The notes beneath the pieces are model-generated. The model did not search any database, was not told where the DNA came from, and worked only from the letters and a program-made list of their open reading frames with translations. 64,000 nucleotides of DNA from Vicugna vicugna (taxonomy: Eukaryota). The DNA lies in NCBI GenBank assembly GCA_013265495.1, contig MU058451.1:2289305-2353304 (forward strand). The letters are read 5' to 3'. How positions within the stretch are numbered: the first letter of the stretch is position 1; the number at the start of each line of letters is the position of its first letter. Shown here piece by piece: positions 36,039 through 47,690 of the stretch. The translations under genes were made by a program, and so were the position numbers.

Positions 36039-38139
36039 TGCTCAACAACTAATTAACGGAAGCTTACTGTGAGTGTCTCAGGCACGCGTCCTCAGGGAGC
36101 TTACACTGTTGTGGAGTGAGATGGTCAGCAAACATAAGCAATAAATACAATTGTAAAAGATGTTACAGGATTTAGAGGAAAATAAAGGACCCTCAAGGGG
36201 CCGGGGAGTGTCTCACTGAGACAGTGAATTTTGAGCAGACTTGCAGGAGGTGAGAGGGTGGGCTGGGCAGAAATCTGGGGGGAGAGTGTTCTAAGCAAAG
36301 GAAACAGCCAGTGGCAAGGCCCTGAGGCAGAAGCACAGGCACAGCAGGTGTATGTGAAGAACACGGAGAAATAGTCTCTCTGGCTTCTAACCCTGAGACT
36401 GTCCAACAGAGGTGTCCCACTACAGCTGTTCCTTGGACAGATATGCAGATACATGGACGTATTCCTTTGCTTCTGTAATAGTCCATGTACGGCCCTCACT
36501 CAAGTACCCGCAGAAGCATTTGTGTGTCCCCCTTGCCAACCTGCCGAAAAGGTCCCCCACGGCCCAATCACAGTGTGATTCTCCCCTGCGATGATCAAAG
36601 AGAAAAAGAAGCGAACACCACGTGACACAACGCATAGCAGGTGAGCACAGGTTTGGAGGCTGAGAGGTCAGATCTTTGGGGCCAATGGCGTGAACAGCTG
36701 TCATCCCTCCTCGTCCTCTGCCTGAGGCTTTCAGGCCCCCCTGAAGCCGCCCGCCGGGCGATGGCTCCGTGTACCCCATCTCAGCCCACAGCCTCTTACT
36801 GGTAGCTCTTGCAGACAGCAGGAGGAGAGCCGTGACTGACAGGTCCAACAATCCACTCATCTAAATCAATAAGTAGTTAGAGGTGAGGTCTAGTAGAGGA
36901 ACTTGAATTTGAAGCTGTGGGAAACTTGGGTTTCCAGGCTTTGCAACCTCCACCCGTGTTACCAGACTGGAGGCGGGTGGACACAGCTGAGATCCCCGGG
37001 AAGAAGTTCCGGAACTCCCCAGGGAGTAGAGCAGGGAGCCCTGTGTGAGCCGTGGGCCTGCCCTGGGGCTGCCAGGAACCTTCTTGCCTTGGGTTTGGGT
37101 TCTCCAGGCTGGATCGATGGACAGGTAACCATTGAATTAAGAGCACAGGCTGGACACTCTTGGGTGGGTCATTGGAAAAGTCTGCTTAAGGAGCTCATGA
37201 AGCTGATCAAAGCTGGGGAAGCCCCGTGCTGATCACAGAATGCATTCCTTCATTCACTATGCAGATGCAGACACAGCTACAAGTTTATAGCCATGATCAG
37301 GGTGTAGCTGGATGGAAGGGTCATCCCAAAGTGGTTAACCTGTTCCACCATGAGCATGCGTGGCTCCTATGAAGTACCCCAGATGCTCCCTTTAGAACTG
37401 GTGACAGTGCCTTGGGCAGGACCCGCTGCCCTCATCCTCACACTTCCTCTCCCTGGCTGGAAAGTTTCCCACCATCTAAAACCATTTTTCCTCACTGGGG
37501 CTGAAAACAGGCTGCAAAGTGAATAAACTGGAAGTTCAAAGCGACTTTCTTCTCATCCCCAAAGTAAGAGATTTCCTGCCTAAGATTTTTCAGACTTGAC
37601 GTGAGGGCATGAAAGCAACAGAGGAGCTGAAGGAGATGCAGATGTGGCAGAGGGAGCCATTCTTAGGAAAGGTTGGGGGCAGATTTCCCCAGAAGGATTT
37701 TCTGGAGTGTCAGGGTTAGACTGACCAAGCCTCGTGCCAAGGGCCTGAGGTCCAGTGTGGGACAGGGCAGGATCTGGCGGCGTGGGGAGGCCCAAGTCGG
37801 AAGCAGAAACGGGTTTTCCTTTCTGCCTGCAGTGCTCAGGCAGCTGTGGTCAGGGGAACTAAGCTGGCCTTTCTCATTCTACTTCTTCCACTCTGTGTTC
37901 CTGGCCCTGCATCTGATGACCAGAGGTGCACATTTTTAAAAGAGGTTCATCGAAGTCTTACTTAGACCGAAGAGAAGCTATTAACTGAGACTGCACTCTT
38001 TTTGCTTTGAAGACAGAGACAAACAAGATAAGAGAGTTCTTATGTCGTTCAGACAGAAGACGGTCTGTTAAGAACTGAGAGGAAAATGTTGAGCAGAGCA
38101 GAACAAACATGAGCTGAAGCTGAAACACAGAATGCGAGG

Positions 38140-38350
38140 TTTAATAATAGCAGACCCTGGCCAAGCCCGGGCTTTTACATAGCAACTCATCTAATCTTCA
38201 CAACAACCCTGTGGGGCAGTTACTGTTGTTAAACTCGGTTACAGACAGAAACAGAGGCACAGAGACACTGACTCATTCAGCCCAAGGTCGTGGAGATGGC
38301 ACAGAGCCAGGCTTGGAACACCCATAATCTGGTGTCAGAGCCTGCACTCA
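38140..38350 (-). mobile_element. MIR SINE
   Basis: ctcatctaatcttcacaacaaccctgtggggcag..acagagg..cccaaggtc. Confidence 0.7.
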
Positions 38351-38602
38351 GCTACTCCTCTTTCTCACTTGCCCTCACTTCGAGTCAGGGGCTGATGTCC
38401 CTCTTCAGTCGAGGAGCCTAGGTTCCAGTTCCTCTGTCACACATGGAAGGCAAACAGGACCCAGAAAGCCAATCCCACACCCTGATGATGGAGGGAAAAC
38501 CAAGGGGGAGAATCACATTCTCCAGATGCATTTCCTGTGATTCACAACCTCAGACAAAGCAATTGAGCCAAGTCCTGCCTCTGGATCTATAACATGCAGT
38601 GA

Positions 38603-39398
38603 ATGAAAAGATGCTCAATGTCATTCATCATTAGGAAAATGCAAATCAAAACCACAAAGAGATACCACTTCACACCCACGGGGATGGCTATCATCAAAAA
38701 GCCAGAAAATAAGTGTTGGTGAGGATGTAGAGAAATTGGAACCCTCATCCATTGCTGGTGAGGATGTAAAATGGTGCAGCTGCATTGAAAACCAGCATGG
38801 CAGGCTCTCAAAATTTTAACTATAGAGTTGCCATATGACTTAGCAATTCCATTCCTAGGTATATCCCCAAAAAGAATTGGAAACAGGGATTCGAACAGAT
38901 AGTTGTACACAAGTGTTCACAGAGGCTCTATTCATGATAGCCAAAAGGTGGAAATAAACCAAATGTCCATCAACAGATGCATGGGAAAGCAAAATGTGGT
39001 ATATCCTTACAATGGAATATTACTCAGTCATGAAAAGGAATAAAGTATCAGTACATGCTACAATATGGATAAACCTCAGAAACATTATGCTAATGGAAAG
39101 AAGCCAGATACAAAAGGTCATCCATTCTATGATTCCATTTCTATGATGTATCCAGAAGAGGTAAATCCATAGAAACAGGAAACAGATGAGTGGTTTCCAG
39201 GATCTGAGGGGACAGAGGTCTGGGGAGTGATTACTTAATAGACACAGAGTTTCCTTCTAGAACTATGAAAAGGTTTTGAAAGTCTAAAGAGTTGACAGTT
39301 GCACAACATTGTGGATGTACTAAATGTCACTGAATTGGCTAACTTTATGTTATTTGAATTTTACCTCCATTTTTAAAAAAAACAAAAACAAAACATAA
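38603..39398 (+). mobile_element. L1 3' end (L1MB-like)
   Basis: aaaagatgctcaatgtcattcatcattaggaaaatgcaaatcaaaaccac; gcaattccattcctaggtatatcccc; A-rich tail. Confidence 0.9.
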
Positions 39399-41629
39399 AG
39401 TATAGAAGAGGGGAGAAATGTAGTTTGCAATCTTTTCTTCTGAAAACCTTAGAGTGTTTTGTAAGTACGGCCAAGTGTGAACCAAGGACGACACCAGAAG
39501 GATGATCTATGCGTGGGGAGCTTCCCCTGCCCAGGCACTGCCCCCGGGACTGGCCCGTTCGCTCCTGACAACACCATGAAGGCAAGGGCCAGGCAATGTA
39601 CGGTCTGCTGTACAGGTAGAAAAGGGCAGAGCTGGGGTTCAAATCCAGGGACTCACCATTAGAGTTCATGCCATCAAATAAGTCTGCTTTTCTATAGTAA
39701 TAGTGGTAATGAAGATAGCAAACAACCATACAAGGCCATACTATTATTCTTATTATCCCTGTTTTATAGGAAAATAATCTGAAGCTCAGATTGGTTAGGT
39801 AACAAATTCAAGATTCCACAGCCAGTAAGTTTGGACCTGAGATTTGACCAGGTGATCCCAGAGCCCAGAACCTGAAACAAACAAAAACCTTAGCTACAGA
39901 TCTTTTACCAAACACAAACTCAGCCTCCGGCTGTGCTATTTAAGTCCCTGATCCATATGCACACACGCCGCTTATACTCTGCATTATAGGCAGAACTCGA
40001 GAACCCAGAGTGAAAGGAGGGCGGTGATGTTGGCCCTGGATCTCAGTCTGATCCTCTACTTTGGAGCTTGGTAGGATTAAAGCTTCAGTTTAGCAGTGAG
40101 GAAAACTGAGACACCGACAGGGCTTGACACTGCCACAGGTGCTAAGGGGGTCAGGTGGCGGAGCTGGAATTTGGACCCAGACAGTCTCAGACCGGAGGCA
40201 AGGAGTTTACCCTCGGGTCCACATTACTTTCATCTCGGGTCCCTGACGGCGTTAGACCCATGAACTTCAAATGCCATCTTCTCCCCCGTCCCGGACTCCC
40301 ATCCTTGCAGGTGGGCTGAGGACCTTACAGTCACTTTGCATCTCCTCTCTCTTCCCGGTCTCACTACATCCTCAGAGCTTTCTTTCCTCCCTGCCTGTGG
40401 CCCATCCGCTGTTGCCAAATCCTGCCAGGCTGCTCTGAACCTCCTCCTTCCCATTTGTCCACCCCCAGGGCCCCTGTCACTCTCTCACTCACAAACTGGG
40501 AATGCAAAGGCAAGGTGTGGCCTTACCCTCAAGGACTCACTGTATAGGAGGCAGAAACCAGTGAGTAGACAGAGATGGTTTGTATACAGTGAGAAAATCC
40601 ATGGGAAAGGATGGCACAGGGTCATGCCTACAAGTGGAGGACATAAGGGTAGACGTCTAGGTAACCTGAGAAAGTCAGGAAAGGCTTCCTGGAGGAGGTG
40701 ATGCCTGGATTGAGACCTGCAGGACAGTAGGGACGAGAGGCATGGGCCAGCTCACTCACAGCTCTCTGCAGGTTGGCCTTGTATACCAGTCACGCCTCCC
40801 CATCCCCCATCTCCCAAGAATCCTGTGCTCTGCACACTCTCTACCCTACAGTTTTGCTCAGACAGGAATTGGAGGAGCATGGGTTCAAATCCCCATTATG
40901 ACGCAACCCAGTAGCCTGTGGCTGGTTGTGTAATTTTACAAAGCCTTCCTTTCCTGGACTGTGACACAGTGAGAAGAGTACCTATTGTGCATAGCCGTTG
41001 TAAGAATTAGCAATAACGTATGTCCCTCTGGCACGCAGTTATTTAATAAGTGGTTGCCCTTGATACTAGACAATTTGTTCTGCTTGAAATACTTTTCCCT
41101 CTCAAGCCTCAGTTTCTTTAAGAAATTATCTGAATCCAAGAGTTGAAATTAGCATTTCCTCTTTCAGATCCCATGTCACTGCTATTAGCCAACTCAGAGT
41201 CTGCCTTGGAGTAGTGACCGATGGCATGTCTGAATCTCTTAAGAGATGCTCAGCTCTGGAGAATAACAATTGTGTTTCATTCATTTTTAACCCCTCAGTG
41301 CTCAGCCCAGCCCCGGCTTATCACTAGTATATTTAAGATTGAAATATGGACAAAATCCTGTCCTGATGGATGTCTGGGGTAATTGGAGCAGGGATTGGGT
41401 GAGGTTGTGGCATTCTGGTCATGGGCCACAACAGGGACAGGCCAGGGATCCAGGACCCAATGTTGATTGTGTAGTGGGGGTGGAGTGAGGTGAGGGGTGA
41501 GAACGATACAGGTCAGATCCAGAAAAGAGAAGGTGAAAATTAATAAAACTAACATGCTTCAGATCATCTGACCTTATAAATTAGAGTCATCTTGCTTCAT
41601 ATTTAAAAATCTCCCACAAAGAGGCAATC

Positions 41630-42265
41630 CCGAAAAGAAGAAAATTTAAAAGACAGTCATCATATGAAAAAATGGCCAAATTCACTAGAAATAAAATGTG
41701 AAAATTAAAACAAGACACAAAACCTCAGAGTGGTAAAGACAGAAACAATATGTGTGTCCCATTGGTGGCCCTCCCATCCATCTGTGGCAGGAAGTGAATT
41801 GATCCAACATTAAAATGTGCACACCCCTTAATTCTATAATCTTGCTTCTAGGAACTTCTCTTCAGGAAATTATCAGAAGTGTGATAGTCCACACAAAAAG
41901 GTTTTATTACAGCATTGCCTATAATAATAGCAAAAAATGGCAAACAGTAAAATATCCAATGATAGGATGCTATTAAATAAATTATGGCACAATTTTTAAA
42001 AATATTGGGGGCTTGGGTAATTAGGTTTGTTTGTTTTTTTGTTTGTTGATTATTTTTAATGGCAATACAGGGGACTGAACCCAGGACCTCATGCATGCTA
42101 AGCACTGAGCTATACCCTCCCCCCATGGCACAATATTATGTAGCCATTGAAAATAATGTGGCAAATCTGTAATTCTTAACATTGAAAGATGTTCATGATA
42201 CGGTAAAAGTGAAAAAAAGCAAATTACAAAATGATAATATCCTCTTTTTGTATTTTTATATATAC

Positions 42266-42298
<33 letters not shown>

Positions 42299-42400
42299 AA
42301 GGGGGAAAGAGAGAGGGAGAGAATTTAAAAATCCTCCTGTGTATGGTGCTAACATATGCAATTTTTCTGCAGTTACATAAAATAAATTTCGTATTCCTCA
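41630..42400 (+). mobile_element. Old L1M fragment containing a SINE and a (TA)n(GA)n repeat
   Basis: catatgaaaaaatggccaaattcact; ctaggaacttctcttcagg; tattatgtagccattgaaaataatg. Confidence 0.6.
41994..42124 (-). mobile_element. tRNA-Ala-derived SINE (Vic-1-like) with an internal deletion
   Basis: gggtaattaggtttg..ggggactgaacccaggacctcatgcatgctaagcactgagctataccctcccccc. TSD ATGGCACAAT at 41984-41993 and 42125-42134. Confidence 0.9.
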
Positions 42401-45400
42401 TGGGCTGTAAGTGACCTGGCAGTCCAGTAAATCAAGTAGCTGCTGCCCTCTGTCTGGTGAAAACTGGCTGCCCGGGTGCTCACCCGACATCCCAGTTACT
42501 CAGTCCCCATCAGGACAGGAGCCTGAAGCCACCAGCAGAGAAACCCTTCCCAGGCCAGAGCAGGTCCGACTGTCTTGCCTGGGAGAGCAGAAGACGGAGT
42601 CTCTCCGCAGATGGACAAGTTTGTGAGGACATCGGTGGGGCTGTCCTCCACAGCTCACTCCAGAATTAGAGGTTGACACCCACATGAGCAGTCAGACAGC
42701 CCAAGGTCCTACTCCCCAGAGCGGGGATGGTCCACGGTGGGGGAAGGAACACAAGACCTCCTTCCCCAGGAGGTCACCACGTCAAGACCTCATTGACATC
42801 ACCAGTCATTGCAATGTCAGATTTCCGCAAGCTGAGAGAAGAGAAACCTGGTACCAGCTTTGGCATTAACTGACCATCATCCAGTGTTAGAATTTCTCTC
42901 TGCCCTAGACACGTCTCTGAGCAAAGGAGTCCTCAGGAAGCTGGCTCTAGGCACCGGCATATACTTGAAGTAAATCCTTGGGCTTGAACTTGCTCCAGGC
43001 TGCAGGAAAGCTCTCATGGAGAAGCAAACAGGAAGGAGTTTCGAGGAAAAGGCAGGAAAAATGTCCCTAGAGACAGGTCCTACTTCCTCCAAAGGTCCAC
43101 CAGGACCTTTCCTTCTATTATGCATTGACAGTGAGCACTTCCTGTTTGCTACTATTGTCTTCGTGTATTTTCAGGCACTTCATAGCTTACTTCCTTCATT
43201 ACATTGACCATGTCCTGAGGAAGGGCCAGTTTCACTTGTCTTTTTACCCCCCTCCCTCAGTACCAAGAATGGTGCCCTGTGCAATAAAATCATTCCTTCA
43301 ACCGGTACTTACTGAAGGCCTACTATGTGCCACGCATTGTTGCAGAGTCCGTAGTGAACAGGACAGACTGGCTTTTGAACTCACTGAATACACATTCTAA
43401 CAGATGAGCACAGCACCAGATACAAATAAGTAAGTGAGCGAATAGGACACTGAACACTCATCTGATTTACCTGGTTCTAACTGCATTTGCTCAGAATACT
43501 CAGTAACACTGAGGACAATAAAGAGAATGATTAAATAAGGCAGGCAAGTCCACCTGCCGCTCCACTCAGTGAGGCCGCATCCAGAGAGGGCCTGAGATGG
43601 AGGAAGTGAATCTGCTGTCCCCTCCTGAGCCACTCACCCTGCTGAATGCGACCCTGACATGAATGTAGTTTGGGGTTTTTTTGTTGTTGTTTTTGTTTTT
43701 TCATAAAGCATCACTCTTGAGTCAAAGCCAACCGCTTCATCTGGTGTTCAACCACAGGAAACAGGGATCTGTTCCAACTTGGAGGATGAATGATTCTGTC
43801 AAACTTACTGAGAGATGATATGTGGTTTCTCAATGTGTTGTCTCCCAGGGTCAGGGGCTGGAGATACTCAAGTATTATACCAAAAATTAAAACAAGACAC
43901 AAGATCTCAGAGTGGTAAAGACAGAAACAATGTGTGTTTCCCATTGTTGGTCCTCCCGGCCACCCCTGGCAGGAGAGAGGGTCTGCTTCAGACCCTGGTT
44001 CGCATCCTTGACCCTTAAAAGAGGTTCGCCTGCTTCTGATCTCACCCTCTCCCACATGCAGCCTGCATCTTCTGGTCTGGCCCTTTTTCACAACGCTGAG
44101 TTGTGCATGTCACGTGTGTGTTCCAGTCCTCTGATGGCTCGGTCCCAGCAGCAGTCTGCAGGCCTCCTGCCCACCTTTCCAGCCCGCATTCCCTTCCTCG
44201 GCTAGCTAGTGTGTGCCCCCTGCACCTCCCTATCCCTAGTGAGCCCTGCTTTCAGGCTCTGTGAGCGTGCGGCTCCCCCTGCCTGGAGCCCTTGCCTGCC
44301 GACCTGCCCACTTTGGAGGCCTGGCACCACCTCCAGTTGTCATGCAACCGCAACCAAATAGCTTCACTGTCACCCATCACCCCAGGCAGAACCATGCCTC
44401 CTCCTTCCTTGCACCTTTCTTTGCCCCGAACAAAGCACCCATCTCATTGTTTCTCATTCTCATCCTCTGCCTTCTAGAATAGTGGTTCAATGGGACAGGG
44501 ACAGTAACCTCACGTAGCACTTGGCCTTGGCCCAATGGCTGGCACATAGTAGGTACTCACTAAACGCTTGCTGGGGGGATGAACCTGAGGATAAGGAGGA
44601 CTGAGGCCGATGCAGATGTCAAGCATTCATACTTCATTAATAATCAGCATCAGTTTGGTGCTCGACTGATGTGATGCTTTGAAGCCAGTGAGTACTGACT
44701 ACAGGCAAATCCGAAATACCTTTTCAGAGATTCATCTTCGCTCTCTACCCAATTAACGCGGGGCCATTAGTCCTTTCTGAAGCTGCCAGGATCTATTAAG
44801 CCATTTAACTTATCCTCAGGCACTTCAGGATCAGTCCCAAGGGCATTTTTATCAGGCCTGGGCGGCCAAAGCCTAAATGACTTAAGTGGTGAGCTTTCTA
44901 TCACTCCCACTGGGAACCCATCCACCGAAGCAAAGCATTAATGCACCTCAAGCTCTGTGAGGCAGGAAATCTCCTGAAACTCGCTCTGGAATCAGCTTCA
45001 ACCCTTAAAGAAACACTGGTCGGGGCCCTTCCTAAGGGCTAAGCCTTCTGAGTAACTGGAGCAGGAAACCACCCTCTGTGGTGATTGGAATGGTCCTAGG
45101 AAAGTCCCCAGGCCTCAAGGATGTCCCTCAGCCATTCACCCCAGTGCCTGAAATTCCCTCCATTAATCACTTAACAAATATTTGCTGAGCACCTACTAGG
45201 TGCCAGGCGCTTGGGGATTCTGACATGAATCATGACACGTTTGTTATTTTGAGCTAAGTTGGGGCTTTATGCTGAGCTCAAAAGCAATTGTCCCTTTGAG
45301 GATACTCAGCTAAGCATTAGTAGTGGTTAATAGCATCCTTCCAAGGAGACTGCTGAGGCAGGGGACCACTGCACGGTGGGGTTTTGGGACAGATAGGGAT

Positions 45401-46493
45401 GCAAGTTGATGGGGAGCAAGAAGAGGTGTGAGCCTACAGGCGAATCCCAGGGTAGCGAGGAGCCACCGCACTCCAGGTTAGCTGTTTCCATACCCCACCC
45501 CCTCCATCTGCCCCACCCCGCCCTCCAGCCCTCTAGAATTGCTAGACTAGAGAAATAAGCAGAGCGAGTGTGTTAGATATAGCTGGTTTATGGGATTAGC
45601 CTGTATCCCATGGCCTGGCCCCCCTTTCCATTACATCAAGAAATGCCCCAGGTTTGCATTTGATATGTGAAAGTGTATCTCAACTTCCAAGTTTTCACAT
45701 TCAGTTGAACCTCTATGAACAAAACTAATGCCAGGGCCAACACTAAACTGCAGTAATAATAATAACACAACAACTACAGCTATCATCTATCAGGTCCTAC
45801 TAGGTGCAGGGGCAGCTGATGGGACAGTTTTCCCTCCGGTGGAGACGGACGTATCAGGAAGGGTCCCAGCCGCAAACATCTTTAAACTCTTCTCCTGCTG
45901 GGCGTCGATTCCCCGCAATACGCCACTCGGTAGCCATGGATAATCTGACCCTTGATAGGCCAGCTCACTGTAAATGAACACACTGGATTTGTGACTATTC
46001 AACTGCTTTTGTGAACTTAGAGCCTGGTGTCTCTGGGTACACCAATAACAGCCCAGACCCTGGACCACAGAGTCCACCAGTGAGGTCTGTCTGGACGCTG
46101 GGCTGGCCAGCTCCAGGCAGACCCTCTCGCTGGCCTCAGGCTTTCTTTAGATGGTTGCAGACCCTGCTAACCCTCCCTCCCTCCCTCCTTAGGAATCTGC
46201 TGCCTTTGAGCTGGCCCGGGTCCAGCTGCGTGCCTCACAGGAAACCCAGGGACAACCTGGCACCCACAGGAGTGGGTGTGTCTTGTCAGCCTCCTTTCTC
46301 TGGACTCTGCCTTCTAAAATTTCATGCACCTTCATCTGATAAACCAAACCACGTGTTACCTTACCCAGGTATTAAAAATAAAAATAGCTTCTGAAGCAGT
46401 AAAAATCATTATAATTTTATTATAGAAAATATATCATATATTTCAACTGTATTATAAATTATTGTATGTATATTATTCATCAATATATTTTTT

Positions 46494-46680
46494 CAGATAC
46501 TAGCTACTATATATAAGATAAAAAAACAACAAAGTCCTATGATACAGCACAGGAAACTATGTTCAATACTTTGTAGTGAAAAAGAATATGAAAAGGAATA
46601 TATATATGTATAAATGAATCACTGTGCTGTACACCAGAAATTAATACAACATTGTAAATTGACTATACTTAAATTAAAAA
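46494..46680 (+). mobile_element. 5'-truncated L1 3' end (artiodactyl L1-like)
   Basis: aacaacaaagtcctatgatacagcacaggaaactatgttcaatac...gaatcactgtgctgtacaccagaaattaatacaacattgtaaattgactatactt. Confidence 0.85.
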
Positions 46681-46789
46681 CATATATTTTATTATAGAAA
46701 ATATATCATATATTTCAATTGTATTAAGTATAGTATTGTATATCATTCATCAATATATTACTAATAAATACTATTTAGTTATAATTAAA

Positions 46790-47690
46790 TTCTAGAACTT
46801 TTCAACCTACAAAAAGCAGAGAGAAGACTATAATGAACTTCAACATCCTCCTCACCTAACTTCAACAATAATCACCATTTTGTCAATCTGGTGCATCCAT
46901 CCCCCGCACTTTTTTGCTCTGAGCATGTTTAAAGCAAATACCAGGCATGTATGATTTCCACAGAAACTTGGGTATGTGTCTTTAACAGATAAGCACGTTT
47001 ATAATACAGAACCATAATGCCAAACAACAAACCCTTAATATGAGCTAATACTCAGTCCAAATATTCAAATTTCCCAGATTGTTTTTAAAATGTCTTATTG
47101 TGACTAGTTATTCTTGCTTACCTGAAGACAGAACAACCAGATTTAGCATATGAACCTCGCAGATGTCCTATTTTCAGATTCCCTGTCAGTATTTCACTCG
47201 ATAGCTTTAGCATCTATTGAGGATCATTTCTAAATCCATTCTTTTATTAGGAGTTGCCAAAGTCATGATTTTCTAATTCTATTGTGCCTTATTATTAGGG
47301 AGAATTTTGACATAAAGATGAACTTTACCTGACCAGCTCTTTGGTTACTCTGAGATACGATTCAGGCTGGAAAGGTAGGGTACAACCTTATTCTTCTATC
47401 AATTTTCAGAGAGATGAATTGGTACCCAAACAACCTCTAATGGTGACCAATGAAGAGCATCTTTTTTCTTAGCATTATGAACTTCAGGTTTTCTGTCTTT
47501 GCCATATTTCAGTACATTGCAGTCATTACTCTTTTTGATACTAAGCATTTCCCGTCTTAGGCCAGAAGGGCTCTCCAGCTGACTCCTGGACCAGGTCTGA
47601 CCGCTTCCCTGCTTTCTGGCACAACCATATAGGCTCATCTTGGACACCTCCTGCCCTAATCAGAAATCAGCCACTTTTCCAAGGACCCCT
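46790..47690 (-). mobile_element. Old L1 (L1MC/ME-like) fragment
   Basis: acttttcaacctacaaaaagcagagagaagactataatgaac; tttaaagcaaataccaggcat; aatcagccacttttccaaggaccc. Confidence 0.6.
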
